From assembly GCF_020745735.1 (NCBI RefSeq), contig NC_083413.1, positions 20,274,001 through 20,338,000 on the forward strand: a stretch of DNA of 64,000 nucleotides. Direction: 5' to 3'. The position numbers and the translations under genes were made by a program. This DNA is from Hemiscyllium ocellatum (lineage: Eukaryota). Below the pieces are notes generated by a model that searched no databases, was not told the origin of the DNA, and saw only the letters and a program-made list of their open reading frames with translations. How positions within the stretch are numbered: the first letter of the stretch is position 1; the number at the start of each line of letters is the position of its first letter. Below, piece by piece: positions 20,944 to 34,400 of this stretch.

Positions 20944-23900
20944 TGCGATGGTGCTGCTCGTTCAGAATTTGAATCCTTACTGCGTGGAAACAGGCCTTTC
21001 GACCCAACAATATCACACCGACCCTCGGAAGGCTATCTCACCCAGACCCATTCCCCTGCATTTACCCCGACTCATACACCTTACCTATACGTCGGTGAAC
21101 GCTTTGGGTAATTTGGTATGGCTGATTCACCTAACCTGCACATCTTTAGATTGTGAGAGGAAAACGGAGCACCCGGAGCAAACCCATGCAGACAGGGGGA
21201 GAATGTGCAAACTTTGCACAGACAGTCGCCCGAAGCTGGAATCGAAGCTGGTGCTGTGAGGCAACAGTGCTAACCACTGTGCCACCGCGCCGCCCGTTGA
21301 ACGAGGTTATGTTGTCCTTGCTTTTTTTTTCGGGAGGTCGTATAAACGCAGTTCCCAAACGTTTAGGGCCAATGGATTTTAAGGCCAATTTGATTATAAC
21401 TTACAGGTACGGCCTCAGACAAAAGGCTTTCAAATAAAAAGAAACTTGTACAATGAAAGGGGAATGGCCAGTTCTCCCATCTCAGCTTTCGTCTGGTTGC
21501 ATTTGTTTTTTCTTTGGCAATATTACTATTCACTGAAAGCAGTCAGGCAGTTGTGAAGCTGCTGGACCCAAGAAGCAGCTCCATACCGGCCCTCTTTCTC
21601 TCTGACTTCTCTCTTGTAAGAACCCGTCTTTGTTTTTACCTGTTTTGCCAAGGGTTGTTAACAGGGATTGTTGCGAGTGTTGGGAACAGCATCATTAAGT
21701 GGGGATAGTCGGTTGGCTTTTCGGATAAGTTAAGTTATTCTGTATTCTGTTGTCTTTTGTTTGTGTTTCATTCTGTAATCTTGTAAGTAAATTCTGTTTT
21801 GTTTAAAAGGGGGTTGTTTGACCAGCTGCATCCCTCCTGGAATATCCACGTTACACTTGCTTAAAACAACTATCAAAGTTAGGGTCTTGGCTTCTGTTTT
21901 GAAATGTGTTGAGAGGATCTAGCCTAGTCCGTAACAGATTGGATGTTTTGCGTGATTGGTTCTATAGTTCCAAATTGGGATAGGATTGCTGGGCTTGAAG
22001 GCAGTGAGTGGTAGGTGTTAACGTCTTTTGTTCTGGGTGTTGAATTCAGTTGGTTTAAACAGTGCTGGGGATAGCAATGGCTCTTTCAGACACTAAGAGT
22101 TCCTGCGGCTGAAAGAAGTGACTTTGGAGGTTTTGCAAAAGACGATTGAGGCCAAGCTGCTGGGATTAGCAGACAGGCTGGAAGTGGAACTGCTTCCGTC
22201 CGTTATGAAAGGAGAGATAATTACAGTCGTAGCTCAACATTTAAATTTGCTGGAGACCCAATCAGATTCTTTAGAGCGGCCTAAAATTCAATTGAAAATG
22301 AAGCAGCTTGAGTTAGAGGCAAAAAGACAAAGAAAGGGCAATAGAAATGGTGCGGTTTGAATTATAATTAAAAACATATGCAAGAGAAAAAGAATGAATC
22401 ACTTTAGCGGATCAAAAAGAAACAGAGAGTGAGAGAAAAGAAGAAACAGGAAAGGAAGGAAGAGGAGCTTGAACTTCAGAAGTTGGCATTTCCTCAGGAA
22501 CTCTAAAATTCGCTTTCTGAAGTGGTGGGTACCCATTTGGAAGAGCAGAGAGTTAAACGGCAAGATTAGCAGCTGAAATGGCTTATGATTTTGAGTTGGT
22601 CCATAAATCAAAGTTTGGCTTCCAAAGTCAATTTCAATCCATGAGGGATAGAATTTGGGGAAAAGAGAAATCCTCACGAGGAAAGGGAAAGGTAAACCTC
22701 GGTGAAGATCTTAAGAATAACGTACCACGGGGTAAAAAGGAAACCCTTGAAGGGGAAATAGAAGTTAAAAACTTCTGGTATTTTCACTGCTAGAAAGTAG
22801 GTCACATTGAATCACAGTGTTGGTGTATTAGGAAAAGTACTGTGAAGCCAAATGCAGGAAAATAGCATAAGGCAGTGAAGTTTGTTAGAGTGGTGACAGA
22901 AAGCACAGTGTACGCTAGAAAGCTGCACCAGAATCTATAATCTGCTCAGAGGTTGGTTACGGAGCAAGTGCCAAACCTTCTTAAACCACATGCCTGCAAA
23001 GGTAAAGTTTACTCGTATAGGACAGGTGCAGCAGGTAAAGAGGTTACAATATTAAGAGATTTTGGATTCCCTCCATCCGTGATGTTGAAAGACGTGAAGA
23101 TATTGACTTCTGAAGGACTATTGTCAGAAAAAAGTGCTAGTAACGGGAATTCACGGTGCGATAAAAAGTGCTCAATTATTTAGAGTGTACAGTTAAGAGT
23201 TGAGAGGTCGTGGTAGGAGTACTGGACACACTCTCAGCTCCAGGAATATAATTGATTGTTGACAAGGTGGTAGTGCTGCCTACTGTGGTTGAAATGCCGG
23301 TGGAAACTCGGGCAACTGAAATAGTGCAGGAAACATATTCTGGAATTTTCCCTGACTGTGTGGCAACGAGGTCTCAAATTCACCAATTGAAACAGGAGAT
23401 ATCAAAGAGTACAGAGAAGAATTAAAGTGGAAATAACAAAGACCATGCTTGAAAAGAATCTGAATGTCTCCCTCAATGTTAAAATCTTAAAAGTGATGTC
23501 CTAATGAGGAAATGAAGACCTTCACATATTCAGGCAGCTCGAAAATGGACCGAGTTCATCAAGTTGTATTGCCGGAGATGTTGTGAGTGGTACAAAGGCT
23601 ATCATTAGGGTCGTATTTAGCAGTGAGGAAAACTTAAGGTAAAATACAAAACAACGTTTTTACTGGTTTGGACTGATCAAGGATTTAGTTGAATTTTAGC
23701 AGATGTCAGGTAATTGGAATACATGCCAAGTAATTGGAAAACCACTGACAGCAATAAAATATGCACCTTTAATACCTACTCCTGTATTTCGTGAATCTTT
23801 TACAAGAGTCTTGATTTATTGCATAGTACCCCTTCCTAAAAGGAAAAGTTTACATCCGTATTTGTTAACAATGATTGATGTGTAGATTACATTTCCTGAG

Positions 23901-26056
23901 GTTATTCCATTGCGCAATATCACAGCTAAGAGGATTGTAGAGGAATTGCTCAATTTTTTTTTTCACTCAATATGGACTACCCACAGAGATACAACCAGAT
24001 CAAGGGTCAAACTTTACATCAAAATTATTCAAGGAAGTTAGGAAAGCTTAAGAATAAAACAATTCAAATCTACTGTGCACCATTCAGAATCGCAGGGAGC
24101 GCCAGAACAGTGGAATTAGACATTAAATACTATGCTGGGTGCTTTTAGACTATCCAGATGTTTGGGATAAGGGGATTCCTTGTGTGCTCTTTGTGACAAG
24201 AGATGCACCAAACGAATCGACCAAATTCAGTCCATTTACATTTGTTTGGGGGCATAAACTGAGAAATCAGTTAAAATTAATAAAGGAGAAATTGGTAAGT
24301 CAGAATTGAGAGACTACATATTTGGACTTTGTGTTAAATTTTCGAGAATGATTAAATGGAATAGGGGAGTGGGCTGGATATTGTTCAGAAGTATCACAGC
24401 ATATAATGAAACAGGAAGCAGACAAAAATCAAAAACTCGCAATTTTGCTATTGGAGATAAAGTGTTTTATTTCCAGTGATGGGTGAATCTTTAAAAGCAA
24501 TGTTTAGTGTACCTTATCAAGTCAAAAGGAAACCGAGTGAGGTGAACATTTGATAAGGACTCCAGATAGAAATAAAAGTGAATTTACCAAACCCCAAATC
24601 ACCTTCCTGGACTGTGTTATTAAATGTGGACAAATGTCCTCACAGAATGCAAAAACAAATGTGACTGGGAAGTTTCCCATACTACTGACAAAAAAGAGAA
24701 GTACTTTGACTCCTGGGATTGAATGAATTTTATCTAAAGTTCGTATTACATTTTAGCAGTGTGGCTGCTCCACTCAATAAATTGCTAAAGAAAGGCATGA
24801 AGTTTCAGTGGACAGCAAAGAAGGCATTTGACAGCTTGAAAACTGTGCGAACAATTGCCCCAATATTAGCTACGCAGAACTCTGCAAAACCATTCCAGGT
24901 GGCTATTGATGCAAGTGATGTGCTTTTGCAAAAAGATACGGTAAGTTAAAAAGACGTATAGTGTATTTCTTCATGAAGTGGAACAATGATCAGCAGAAGT
25001 ATTCTACAGTAGAAAGAGACATTGAGCATGATGTTGGCGTTGCAACATTTCAATATTTATGTTGCTCGTAAGGTTTCTGAGACAATCACATACACTGATC
25101 ATAACCCTTTCAAGTTTGTGGAGAAATTTAAGGGCAAAAATGCCAGACTGTTTAGATGGAGCTTGTTGTTACTGCCATTTAATTTGAAAATTATGCTGGA
25201 CTAGAAAACATCATTGTCGATGCATTGTCAGGACGTGAATAAGAAACAGAAACGTTTGGTGGCAGGAAAAAAAAACAGACTGAAACAAAATGCATTAGTG
25301 CATGGTTGCATGATTAATGTGTACGTGTGTTGTAGAGTACTGACAATTTAAGATTAAGGCACTTTAAACTCATGGTGATGGTGATGGTTCTTTTTTATAA
25401 AAATAAGGGGGACGTGTGATGCTGCTGCTCCTTGAACAAGGTTATGTTGTCCTTGATTTTTTTATTCAGGAAGTCGTAAAAATACGTGTTCTGAAATGTC
25501 TGGGTTTGAAAGTGTTAGGGCTAAATCAGTTATAGCGGACAGGTACTGCTTCAGGCGAAAAAGCTTTTAAGTTTTTTTTAAAAACTTGTACAATGAAAAA
25601 AGAGTGGCCAGTTCTCCAAGGTCAGCTTTTCCTTGGTTTGATTTGGTTTGACAGTCTGGGTATTCACTGAAAGCAGCCAGGCAGTTGGAAGCTGCTGATC
25701 CAAGTAATAGCTACATGTTGTTATTCTCTCTGTCTTGTAAGACCCTGTGTTTGATTTTAACCTTTTTTAAACCAAGGCATGTTTATGGGGATGGTTGCAA
25801 GTATTTGGAACAGCATCATTAAGTATAATCTGTTGGATTTTCGGATTGGTTAAGTTATTCTGTACTTTATTTTCTTTTGTTAGTATTTCATTTGGTAATC
25901 TTGTAAATAAATTCTGTTTTGTTTAAAGCTAATTGGCTTGACCAGCTGCATCCATCCTGGAATATTCACGTTACACCTGCTTAAAAGAACTGGGAAATTT
26001 AGTGTCTGGGTTAGTTTCTTGAAATGTTTTGAGAGGTTCTGCCCATTCCCTAAACA
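20944..26056 (+). mobile_element. Degenerate Ty3/gypsy LTR retrotransposon, Gmr1-type domain order (gag-PR-IN-RT-RH)
   Basis: 5'LTR 20944-21936 (SINE-interrupted), 3'LTR 25415-26056, TG..CA ends, 4-bp TSD GAAA, PPT AAAATAAGGGGG at ~25400. Zinc-knuckle remnant (YFHC*KVGHIESQC ~22780), protease ILRD(F)G ~23050, integrase (TCQ, FTRVLI.C..PLP, FPE.IPL, DQGSNF) 23600-24300, RT C-terminus/RNaseH (AAPL..LLKK, F.V.IDAS, YTDHNP, RW.L.L) 24580-25240. Confidence 0.88.
20963..21295 (-). mobile_element. Near full-length HE1-like V-SINE inserted in the 5' LTR
   Basis: tRNA-derived head GGCGGCGCGGTGGCACAGTGGTTAGCACTGTTGCCTCACAGC on - strand, V-core; flanked by approximate TSD GCTGCTCGTT/GCCGCCCGTT. Confidence 0.85.
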
Positions 26057-26389
26057 GAAACCAAAACAGAAATTGCGAAAGCTCAGCCGGTCTGGTGGCA
26101 TCTGTGGATAAAAATCAGAGTTAGCATCATGGATCCAGTGACACTTCTTCAGAACTGCTGTGACCCCAAACATTAGCATTGATTTCCGTCCATAGATGAT
26201 GAAATCCCTGCTGAAGTTTTCCAGTAATTTCTGTTTTTGTTGCACTTCTATGAAGTTGGCCTTTTGGTTCCTATTGGTTTATTCCTTTCCTTTAACTCTT
26301 TGACTGAGGATGTATTCTTCTCATTCCGTTCATTTGCGATTTGCAGATGCATATTCTCCACGTAGACCCGAGTCAGTTATTCTACAATA

Positions 26390-28150
26390 AAACAAAAGAA
26401 AACGGTGGAAGCTGGAGATCTGAAAGTGTTGGAGAAATTCAACAGGACTGGCAACTTTTGTGGGAAGAAAACAGAGTGAAAGTTCGAGTCTGGTAACTCT
26501 TCAACACAACTGCTATTAGCTTGGAAAAGCTGGTACTCGTGTCAAAGCCGAAATGGGGGAGACGTGAGCATTTAGATGGAGACTGAGCCGAGATGGAGAG
26601 ATAGGAGCGGGATTGGTAAATAAGGAGGTAATGGTTAGCAGGACAGGACAGGCGAAAAACCGAATAAGAGATGAGAAAGAACTTAGAGTGTGAAAATCAG
26701 AAGCTGTACTGAGTGTACCCATTTCATGTGATAATGGCCTAGAAGTAGTTGAGAATAGGTAATTGTGCTAAAAATCAAACCATATCAGAACAGGACCCGT
26801 TGTAGAGTGGGTAATAATCATGGAAGGAGAGCATCACACTCTTAACTTTCTGAACACATGTGGAGCCCTGCAGACTCCAGGGTACTCAAGCAGAAAAAGC
26901 AAATCTGCGCTGAGGATCACTTAAACACTGCAGCAAGCTAGTGGCAGAGATGTAGCGTTAGCAACACACAAACATGTTGAAGTAACAGTGTCATTTTCTC
27001 AATTTCTTCATTGCACGTGTTCTGATAATGCTACCTTCCACAGGGGACCTTAGAAATGCCCGCCTGTTTCCTTAGACGACAGGGCCTTGAGCGACGTTTG
27101 AACCATCTCCCACCCTTTCTCTTCCCTTTCACAGTAACGATATGGTCTGCCTCATCTCCACTTACAAACCGGCCTTTTCATTCAATGGATTGCAACTTCC
27201 ATTCCATCATCTCCAACAGGATGCCATAACCAGACATTTCACCCCCTCCCATCCTTTGTCTACGTTCTGCAGGGACTGATCCCTCCAGGATACATTAGTT
27301 CATTTGTTCTCCTCTATCAACATCTCACATCCCCATGGCACGTTCCCATGCAAACTCAGAAGTTGTAATAACTACCCATTTGCCTCCTCCCGCCTCACAG
27401 TCCAAGGCCTGAGACAAAGCTGCCAGTTGAAGCAGTGATTCATGTGCACTTCATTCAGTCTATTCTATTATATTTGCTGTTCACAATGTGGTCGTCTCCT
27501 CTTTGAGGAATCAAACCACAGACTGGGCACTGATCTGCAGAAGTCCTATGCTCTGTCCACAAAAATGACTCTGTCACTTCAACACAGCATGTAATCATGC
27601 CAACACACAGTCGCAGGCCTGCTGTTCCAGCATGCCTGAGTGCAGGTTCGACGAACAACATCTCATTTTCATCTTGCAGGTGTCCTTTCAGTCTCTAGAG
27701 CTCAACATTGCCTTCAAAATCTTTAATACCTGATTCGACCCTTCTATTTTCATTACCCAGTTCACAGCCAGTTCTATGGTGACATGGTTTGCTTTCTGCA
27801 CAGTCATCCATTCTTGCCTACTTGTAGGCCCATTATCACATGATATGTTGCACTACTAACCGACCGTCTTGCTCTTAGATGTAATTATTTCGTATTCAGC
27901 TTTTCTTTCATCTTGGCCTGCTTTTTTTTTACCAACTGGACTATCCACTCCTTCCATATCTTTTTCTCTCTGGTCTCTGAATCCAGCTATTCGCCCAAAA
28001 TCCCCTCTAAGTACCTCAACCCCCACCCCCCACATTGGTTTCAGCATAGATGCCAGCGTTCCTTCTTAATAATGGCTGTGATGACGACTCAATAGACTCG
28101 AAATTTTAACGTACTTTCTGCCTACTGACTTTCTCCACCAATTTCTGTTT
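26390..28150. mobile_element. Ancient PLE relic (inverted termini + GIY-YIG remnant), paralogous to 62520-64000
   Basis: Degenerate HHLQ.D, FPC, GP...V.Q.F.C.S, CSQC motifs at 27200-27720; aligns to the downstream flank of gene D. Confidence 0.6.
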
Positions 28151-28289
28151 TTTGCTTCATCATACTGCAGTTGTGTTGCCTAGCAGTTGTCATTAAAAAA
28201 CCTAAGAGTATCTGATACTTTTCTTCTTTCAAAATAACAACAAGAATTTAATAAATATACTTTTACGAAATAATTACTCTGATTATTTA

Positions 28290-28690
28290 GATGTTGAGGA
28301 GCTCATTACTGTTGAAGTGTTTCCCCCCAGATTTAATATTCCTTGCTGGTTAAACAATTTAGATTTACTTTGAATGCATTTTTGCTTTTGTTCTGTGAAT
28401 AAAATCAAATTGATTCGATTTTCTATCAAGTTCCTTGTTATTTGTGAAGACCATTATAGCCACAGTGTAAACACTTTGTGTCCACGTCTCATATTGAGCT
28501 GGATATGAATTCCATGCATAAGCTGCACTTTTATTAAGTTGACCTTCTCATCTGTTAATATTGGCTTTCTTTTAGCTCTTTGATTGGGATAATTTTCTTC
28601 TCAGTCTTTTCATTTATGATTTGTATATTCATATCCTACACACAGAACGAAGTCCATTATTCGGCATTGAAACAAAAAACCTGCGGGTCT
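28290..28690 (+). other. Orphan copy of V2R 3'UTR/3' flank with AATAAA (28398-28403) but no coding exon
   Basis: Aligns by eye to 20680-20890 and 45290-45590. Confidence 0.65.
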
Positions 28691-29714
28691 GGAGATCTGA
28701 AACAAACCAGAAATTGCTAGAGAAACTCAGCATGTCTGACAACATTTGTGGGAAGAAAACAGAGTCAACATTTCGAGGTTCAATGACTCTTCATTAGAAC
28801 TGTTAACAGGGAAGAAAACCTGAAGCCAAAGTGGAGAGTAGTGAGCGGATAGGTGGAGACAGATCCCAGAAAGAGAGAGTAATGAAACGGGTCAGCAAAG
28901 AAGGAGACACTGGATCGCAAGCCAGGACAGAGGAAAATCTGAATAAGAGATAAGAAGAGCTAAGAGTGCGAAGGTGAGTGCATTCAATTACATTCTATTA
29001 TATGACAATTGAGCAAAAAGGTGAGAATGGGTGATTGTGAAAAGTAAACCATCTCATAACACAACTTGTTTTTGGAGTGAGTACAAAAATAGAAAAACGG
29101 AGTCAAGCTCTAAAGTTATTGAACTAGATGTTGAGCCCGAGAGGCTTTAGGGTATTAGAGTGCAAAATGAAATTGAGGGGTTGTTGTACCTACGTTTTAT
29201 ATATAAAAAAAGTTCAACAAGAAATAGGAAGTCAATTGAAAATAGGACTTTATTTCGAATGGAATGGAATACAGTGGGCCTGTATTCATAGAGCTTTGAA
29301 GAAATGATTGATTTGATTTATTTATTGCCATGTGTGTTTCGTAACAAAGTACAGTGAAAAGTTTCTATCTCTTAGCCAGTCTCCGGCATCACTTCAAAAA
29401 AATAAACCAAAGCATAGAATATGAGATAGAAGAATAAAGAAAAAGCGTTGAACATTACAATCCTTCTTGTTAACTGCTTCGCCACGGCCTACAGACTTGG
29501 TACTCAGACAAGTGTCTCTTTGGAGTGCGCCACTACCGGAATGAAAGCCACTTGTTTTCAGCACCGTCTCCACCAACGGCCTGGCCATCCACTGGACTTC
29601 GCAATGCAGCCGCTGCCGATGTCACAGGGTCTCGTACTGGGCCCACACTCACCTCTTCAGCAATGAATCTGCATTGTACATGCAAACTCGCCCCTGCCAC
29701 ACCAGCCTGAGTCA

Positions 29715-30430
29715 GAATTGATGTCCAGGGAGATCTGGGTTCTCTGATTGTATCCTGCAGGTAGCAACGCAAGTAATCAGAGTGGTCAAGAAGGCATTCA
29801 GCATGCTTTCCTTCATCAGACAGGGTGTTGAGTGCAAGAGTTGACCGGTCATGTTAAAGGCTTTAGTTCGGCTACATTTGGAATACTGCGTACAGTTCTG
29901 GTCGCCACCTTACCAAAAGGATGTGGATGCTTTGCAGGCGGTGCAGAGAAGGTTCACCATGATGTTGCCGGGTATGACTGGCGCTAGCTATGAAGAGAGG
30001 TTGAATGGACTCAGATTATTTTCATTAGAAAGACGGAGGTTGGAGGATGGGGGCGGTGGTGGTGGGGGGTGGGGGGGCGACCTGTTTGAGGTCTACAAAA
30101 TCATGAGAGGTATAGATAGGGTGGAGGTCAAACATCTTTTTACCAGAATGGGAGACTCAATTACGAGGGTCACAAGTTCAAAGTGAGAGGGGAACTGTTT
30201 AAAGGAGATATGCATGGGAAGTTGTTTACACAGAGGATGGTGGGTATCTGGAATACATTGCCAGCGGAGGTGGTAGCAGCGGGCATGATAACATCATTTA
30301 AGATGTATCTGGACAGACACATGAATGAACATGGAGCAGACGGATACAAATAGGCCACAGGTTTGGATAGAGGATCTTGATTGGCGCAGACTTGGAAGGC
30401 GGAAGGCATGTTCCAGTGCTGTAATTTTTC
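29715..30430 (+). mobile_element. CR1 LINE 3' fragment
   Basis: [38 protein letters not shown]. Confidence 0.9.
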
Positions 30431-31009
30431 TTTGTTCTTTGTTAGAACTGGGATCGATCACAATGTGTCCATGTTGAGAATACTTGTCGACCATCACGAC
30501 AATGTGCTGGAGAGGCAGTAACAGACATCTCCAATGAAGGGGCAAATGGTTCTGAGAGGATGTGAGGATAAAGGTCGTTAAGTTGGGGGCATTTGGATCT
30601 CGCTCTCTGCCAGGGTGTTAGAGGCAGAAACCCTCAGAACATTTATTTAGATGTGTAAATACAAGGCCAAGTTTACAAGGCAAGTGTTGATTAAGGTTGA
30701 TTACTGGTGCTTGGTTTTGACCAGTACTGATATAATGGGCTGAAGGGCCATAGTCTGTGTTATAGATCTGTCTAGGTCCATAAATGTCTTCCCTCGGAGA
30801 ATAGTGGATCCATGGAATTCTTTACAAAAGAGGATTGTACAATTTGATCGTGAAGTATGTTCGCTTATATGGCTATATGTCCTGCTTTTGTTGGTAGTTT
30901 TTGCAAACATCATTCGCAGGATTACACCTTCTTGCATTCCTGTTGGCTGTTTAGAAAGTAATAACTCACTTGTGGTTTTCAACTGCACTTACTTTTATTT
31001 CATGTGAAT

Positions 31010-31238
31010 TCAATGTGCAGAACGAGCGATCCATCAATCACGATTACCTGCATGAATGAAAGTGTGCTGGAAACAACTTGATTGTGCAGTGTCTCAGAGA
31101 CTGAATCTATTTCGCGATTTTATGTGACTCATTGTTGTGAGGCGCTGAGGGATGTCCTCAGGTCGTAAGGGACGCTATATAATATCACGTTCTTCCTTAT
31201 TCAGTTTAACCTAGTGATAGGTTCCTTTCAAGAAAGCA
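31010..31238 (+). promoter_or_regulatory. Proximal promoter of gene C with TATATAA (31176-31182)
   Basis: Aligns to gene B and D promoters; TATA 63 nt upstream of ATG. Confidence 0.65.
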
Positions 31239-31447
31239 ATGACGTTGAATCTGATATTCCTATTGCTAGCTGTTGTGCATACGAAGGTATCATATGGAGT
31301 GATTTGCAAATCTCGAGCAAAGAATGACTTGCCAAATTTGTCTGAAGATGGTGATATAATCCTGGGCGGGATATTTTCAGCACATTTCGATGTGATTCAT
31401 GATGTTCCTTCATTTGCCGTTAGTCCATCGAGCATGTATTGCGAAAG
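31239..31447 (+). CDS. V2R gene C exon 1
   Basis: [21 protein letters not shown]..; donor AG|GTAGGT. Confidence 0.92.
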
Positions 31448-34400
31448 GTAGGTCAAACTGTCATAGAATCGTAGAATATTGGACAAACGAAACACTGGAG
31501 ACACTGCAGAGATGATTTATAGGGCTGATACCGGAAATCACAGTGATAGAATCACAGTTACACAGCACAAAAGTTCCAACCAATCCACGCCTAACGGCGT
31601 GTGGTTTAATATATCAGAAAGGGTTAACCGGCTGTTTCATTTTTCTAGGTAGAAAAAAAAGCTGCGGGCGACCTTACAGACGTCTTTATGCCAGAAAGGG
31701 CTCTAAAAAAGTGGATAGAGAGTGAATGTCTCACTTTATGTGAAAGAACATCACTAAAGACTATTAAGTCTTCAATACTACCAATATGGATACGCACTTC
31801 TTGGTCAGGAGCAAAGGAATGGCATACCCAGTTGAATAATTCAGTTGTAGCTTCTCAGGCTTCTCAACCCTATTGGAAGAATGGTGTGAAACTTGAAAGG
31901 GTTCAGAAAAGATTTACAAGGATGTTACCAGGATTGGAGGATTTAAGCTATTGGGAGAGGTTGAAAAGGCTGGGGCTGTTTTCCCTGGAGCGTCGGAGGC
32001 TGAGGGGTGACCTTATAGAGGTTTATAAAATCATAAAGGGTAAATAGCCAATGTATTTTCCCTGGGATGAGGAAATCCAGAACTAGTGGGCATAGGTTTA
32101 GGTTGAGAGGGGAATGATATAAAAGAGACCTCAGGGGCAACCTTTTCACGCACAGGGTGGTGCGTATATGGAATGAGCTGCCAGAGGAAGTTGTGGAAGG
32201 AGCTACAATTGCAACATTTTAAAAGTTATCTGGATGGGTGAATAAAGTGTTAGGAGGGATATGGGCCGGGTCCTGTCAAGTGGGACTAGATTAGATGGGA
32301 TATCTGGTCGGCATGGACGGGTTGGACGGAAAGGTCTGAGCTGTACATCTCGATGACCCTACAAGTCAAATCGTGAAGGTTGGTGGGGGAGGGTTGGACG
32401 GGGTGTAGAGTTGAGCAACTCTTGCTTTGGAATAGGGTGAAGTGGGGGATCTCGGTTGGCGTGTGTCGTCGGGTTTGATAAATAAAGGAATGCTGGATGT
32501 TGTTCATGTTCGGGTGTTGGTGTTAGTGCAGCCCGGAAGTTGACCGGATTCCAGTGTGTCGGAGAAGCATGGGTCTGCAGCCTTGTCGATTAGTTGACGT
32601 TGAAGTCATCTGTGCTTGGGGCTACCCTGGCTGGTTTGACACTACCGGTGACGACAAGACTTGTAATCACTACATGAATCAGGGCAAATAGCGGAGCATG
32701 TGGCGGGTAACCCGCTCACCAAAATTACCCGTCGGGTTCGAGATCATGGGTTCCCAAGAACCTCTTTCCGGTAAACTGCAAGTTCCTGCCTAAATCTGTT
32801 GGTCAGAATTTTTGTTTCTATTGTGATTCTCAATTGAGTTGAGGTAGGGGCAGGGGAGGGGGAGGGGGAGGGGGCTGGTGCGGCGTGTCTGGAATATCTG
32901 GGTGAAAGTCATCTACAAAGTTGGATGTTGAATTAAATATGCACATAATTTCCTTTCTCATCTCACCATGCAGTTTTGACATCTCAAGCTTTCGCCTGAT
33001 GCAGACCATGATTTTTGCTATTGAAGAAATAAACCGGAGCAAAACTCTACTTCCGAATATCACTCTGGGATATGAGATCTACGATGACTGCTCAATCTCC
33101 GCGATAACGTCGAAAGCAGCGCTAGTCTTGGTGAATGGAGAAGAAGAACTAATTGAGTACCCGGATTGTAAAGGTTCTTCCAATGTTGCAGCCATTATTG
33201 GCTGTGATATATCCACCTCATCCATTACAGCCGCAAGGACAGTTGGAGCGTTCGGAATTCCACTGGTAATATTTCAAGTATTTGACTGCACTTTTACAGT
33301 GCCCTTAGGATCGTGGCCCGACAGTGTGAATAGATGCCAGTTGGAGCCTGGAGTGAAGGGTGACGCTGACACTCCGAAGAGCATTCCTCCATGTCCCAGC
33401 ATTTATAGCGCCGACCACCTAGCATGCAGAGACCTGGATAGTACGGGGCAATTTAGCATTACTAATCCACCTGACAGCGCATCTTTCAATTGATGGAGGA
33501 CAGCAAAGCAACTGGAGTAAACTCACAACGACATGGGGAGGACGCGCAAACCAGTCACCCAACTGTGTCATCGAAACCGGTTCCCTAGCACAGTGATGCA
33601 GCAGTGCTAACCACTGAGCTTCCGTGCCACCCAAAATGTAACCAGGGTAGCTTTTTTTGTGTATTCCTGATTTTATTTAATTCAAATATTATTATTTGCT
33701 ATAGTGGGATTTGTGGATATCACGCATATCTATTGTATATCCCCAGAATCAATTTCTGTGGATTGCTTATCTCCGGATATTAGATCCATGCCGCAATCTC
33801 CTGCGTTTGGTTTATGAGCGCACTGCCACAACGTGTAGCGACACTGCAGTCAGAGGAATAGAGGTTATTTCAGACTATCTTAAATATACTAGTAGAAAAG
33901 TCCATTGCCAGAACGCTGAAGGAAGATCGTTCCCACGCAACCACGGTGTTGATGATTGTAAATTTCAGCTTCTCATTTGCTGTTTTACCAACTCTGCAAA
34001 GGATTTATTTTGTTTGATTACTTCCAACAATCGGTGGTAAGATTTGATATTGCGGTAATGTGCAAACATAAAATTCATTCATAATGAAAATCTTGACGAG
34101 TGTTTCAAAAATATCCAAATGCAGGGAAGGAATGTCTTCATATTTTCACTCTTTTCGTTGCAGATCAGTTACTTCTCGACTTGCTCCTGTCTGAGCGATA
34201 AACAAGAATACCCGACTTTCTTCAGAACGATACCAAGCGACAAATATCAGTCCAAACTTCTCGCTGAACTTGTGAAAACATTCGGCTGGAATTGGATTGG
34301 GACGGTTAGAAGTAACACAGATTATGGGAATTTTGGGATGAGAACATTTGTTAAAGAGGCTCAAAAATTAGGGATTTGCATCGCGTACTCGGAATCGTTT

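Noticed and set aside
21230-21295. tRNA-like sequences (also ~12530-12586, ~15050-15116, ~33570-33632)
   Set aside because: A/B-box heads of V-SINEs attached to SINE cores; no complete cloverleaf.
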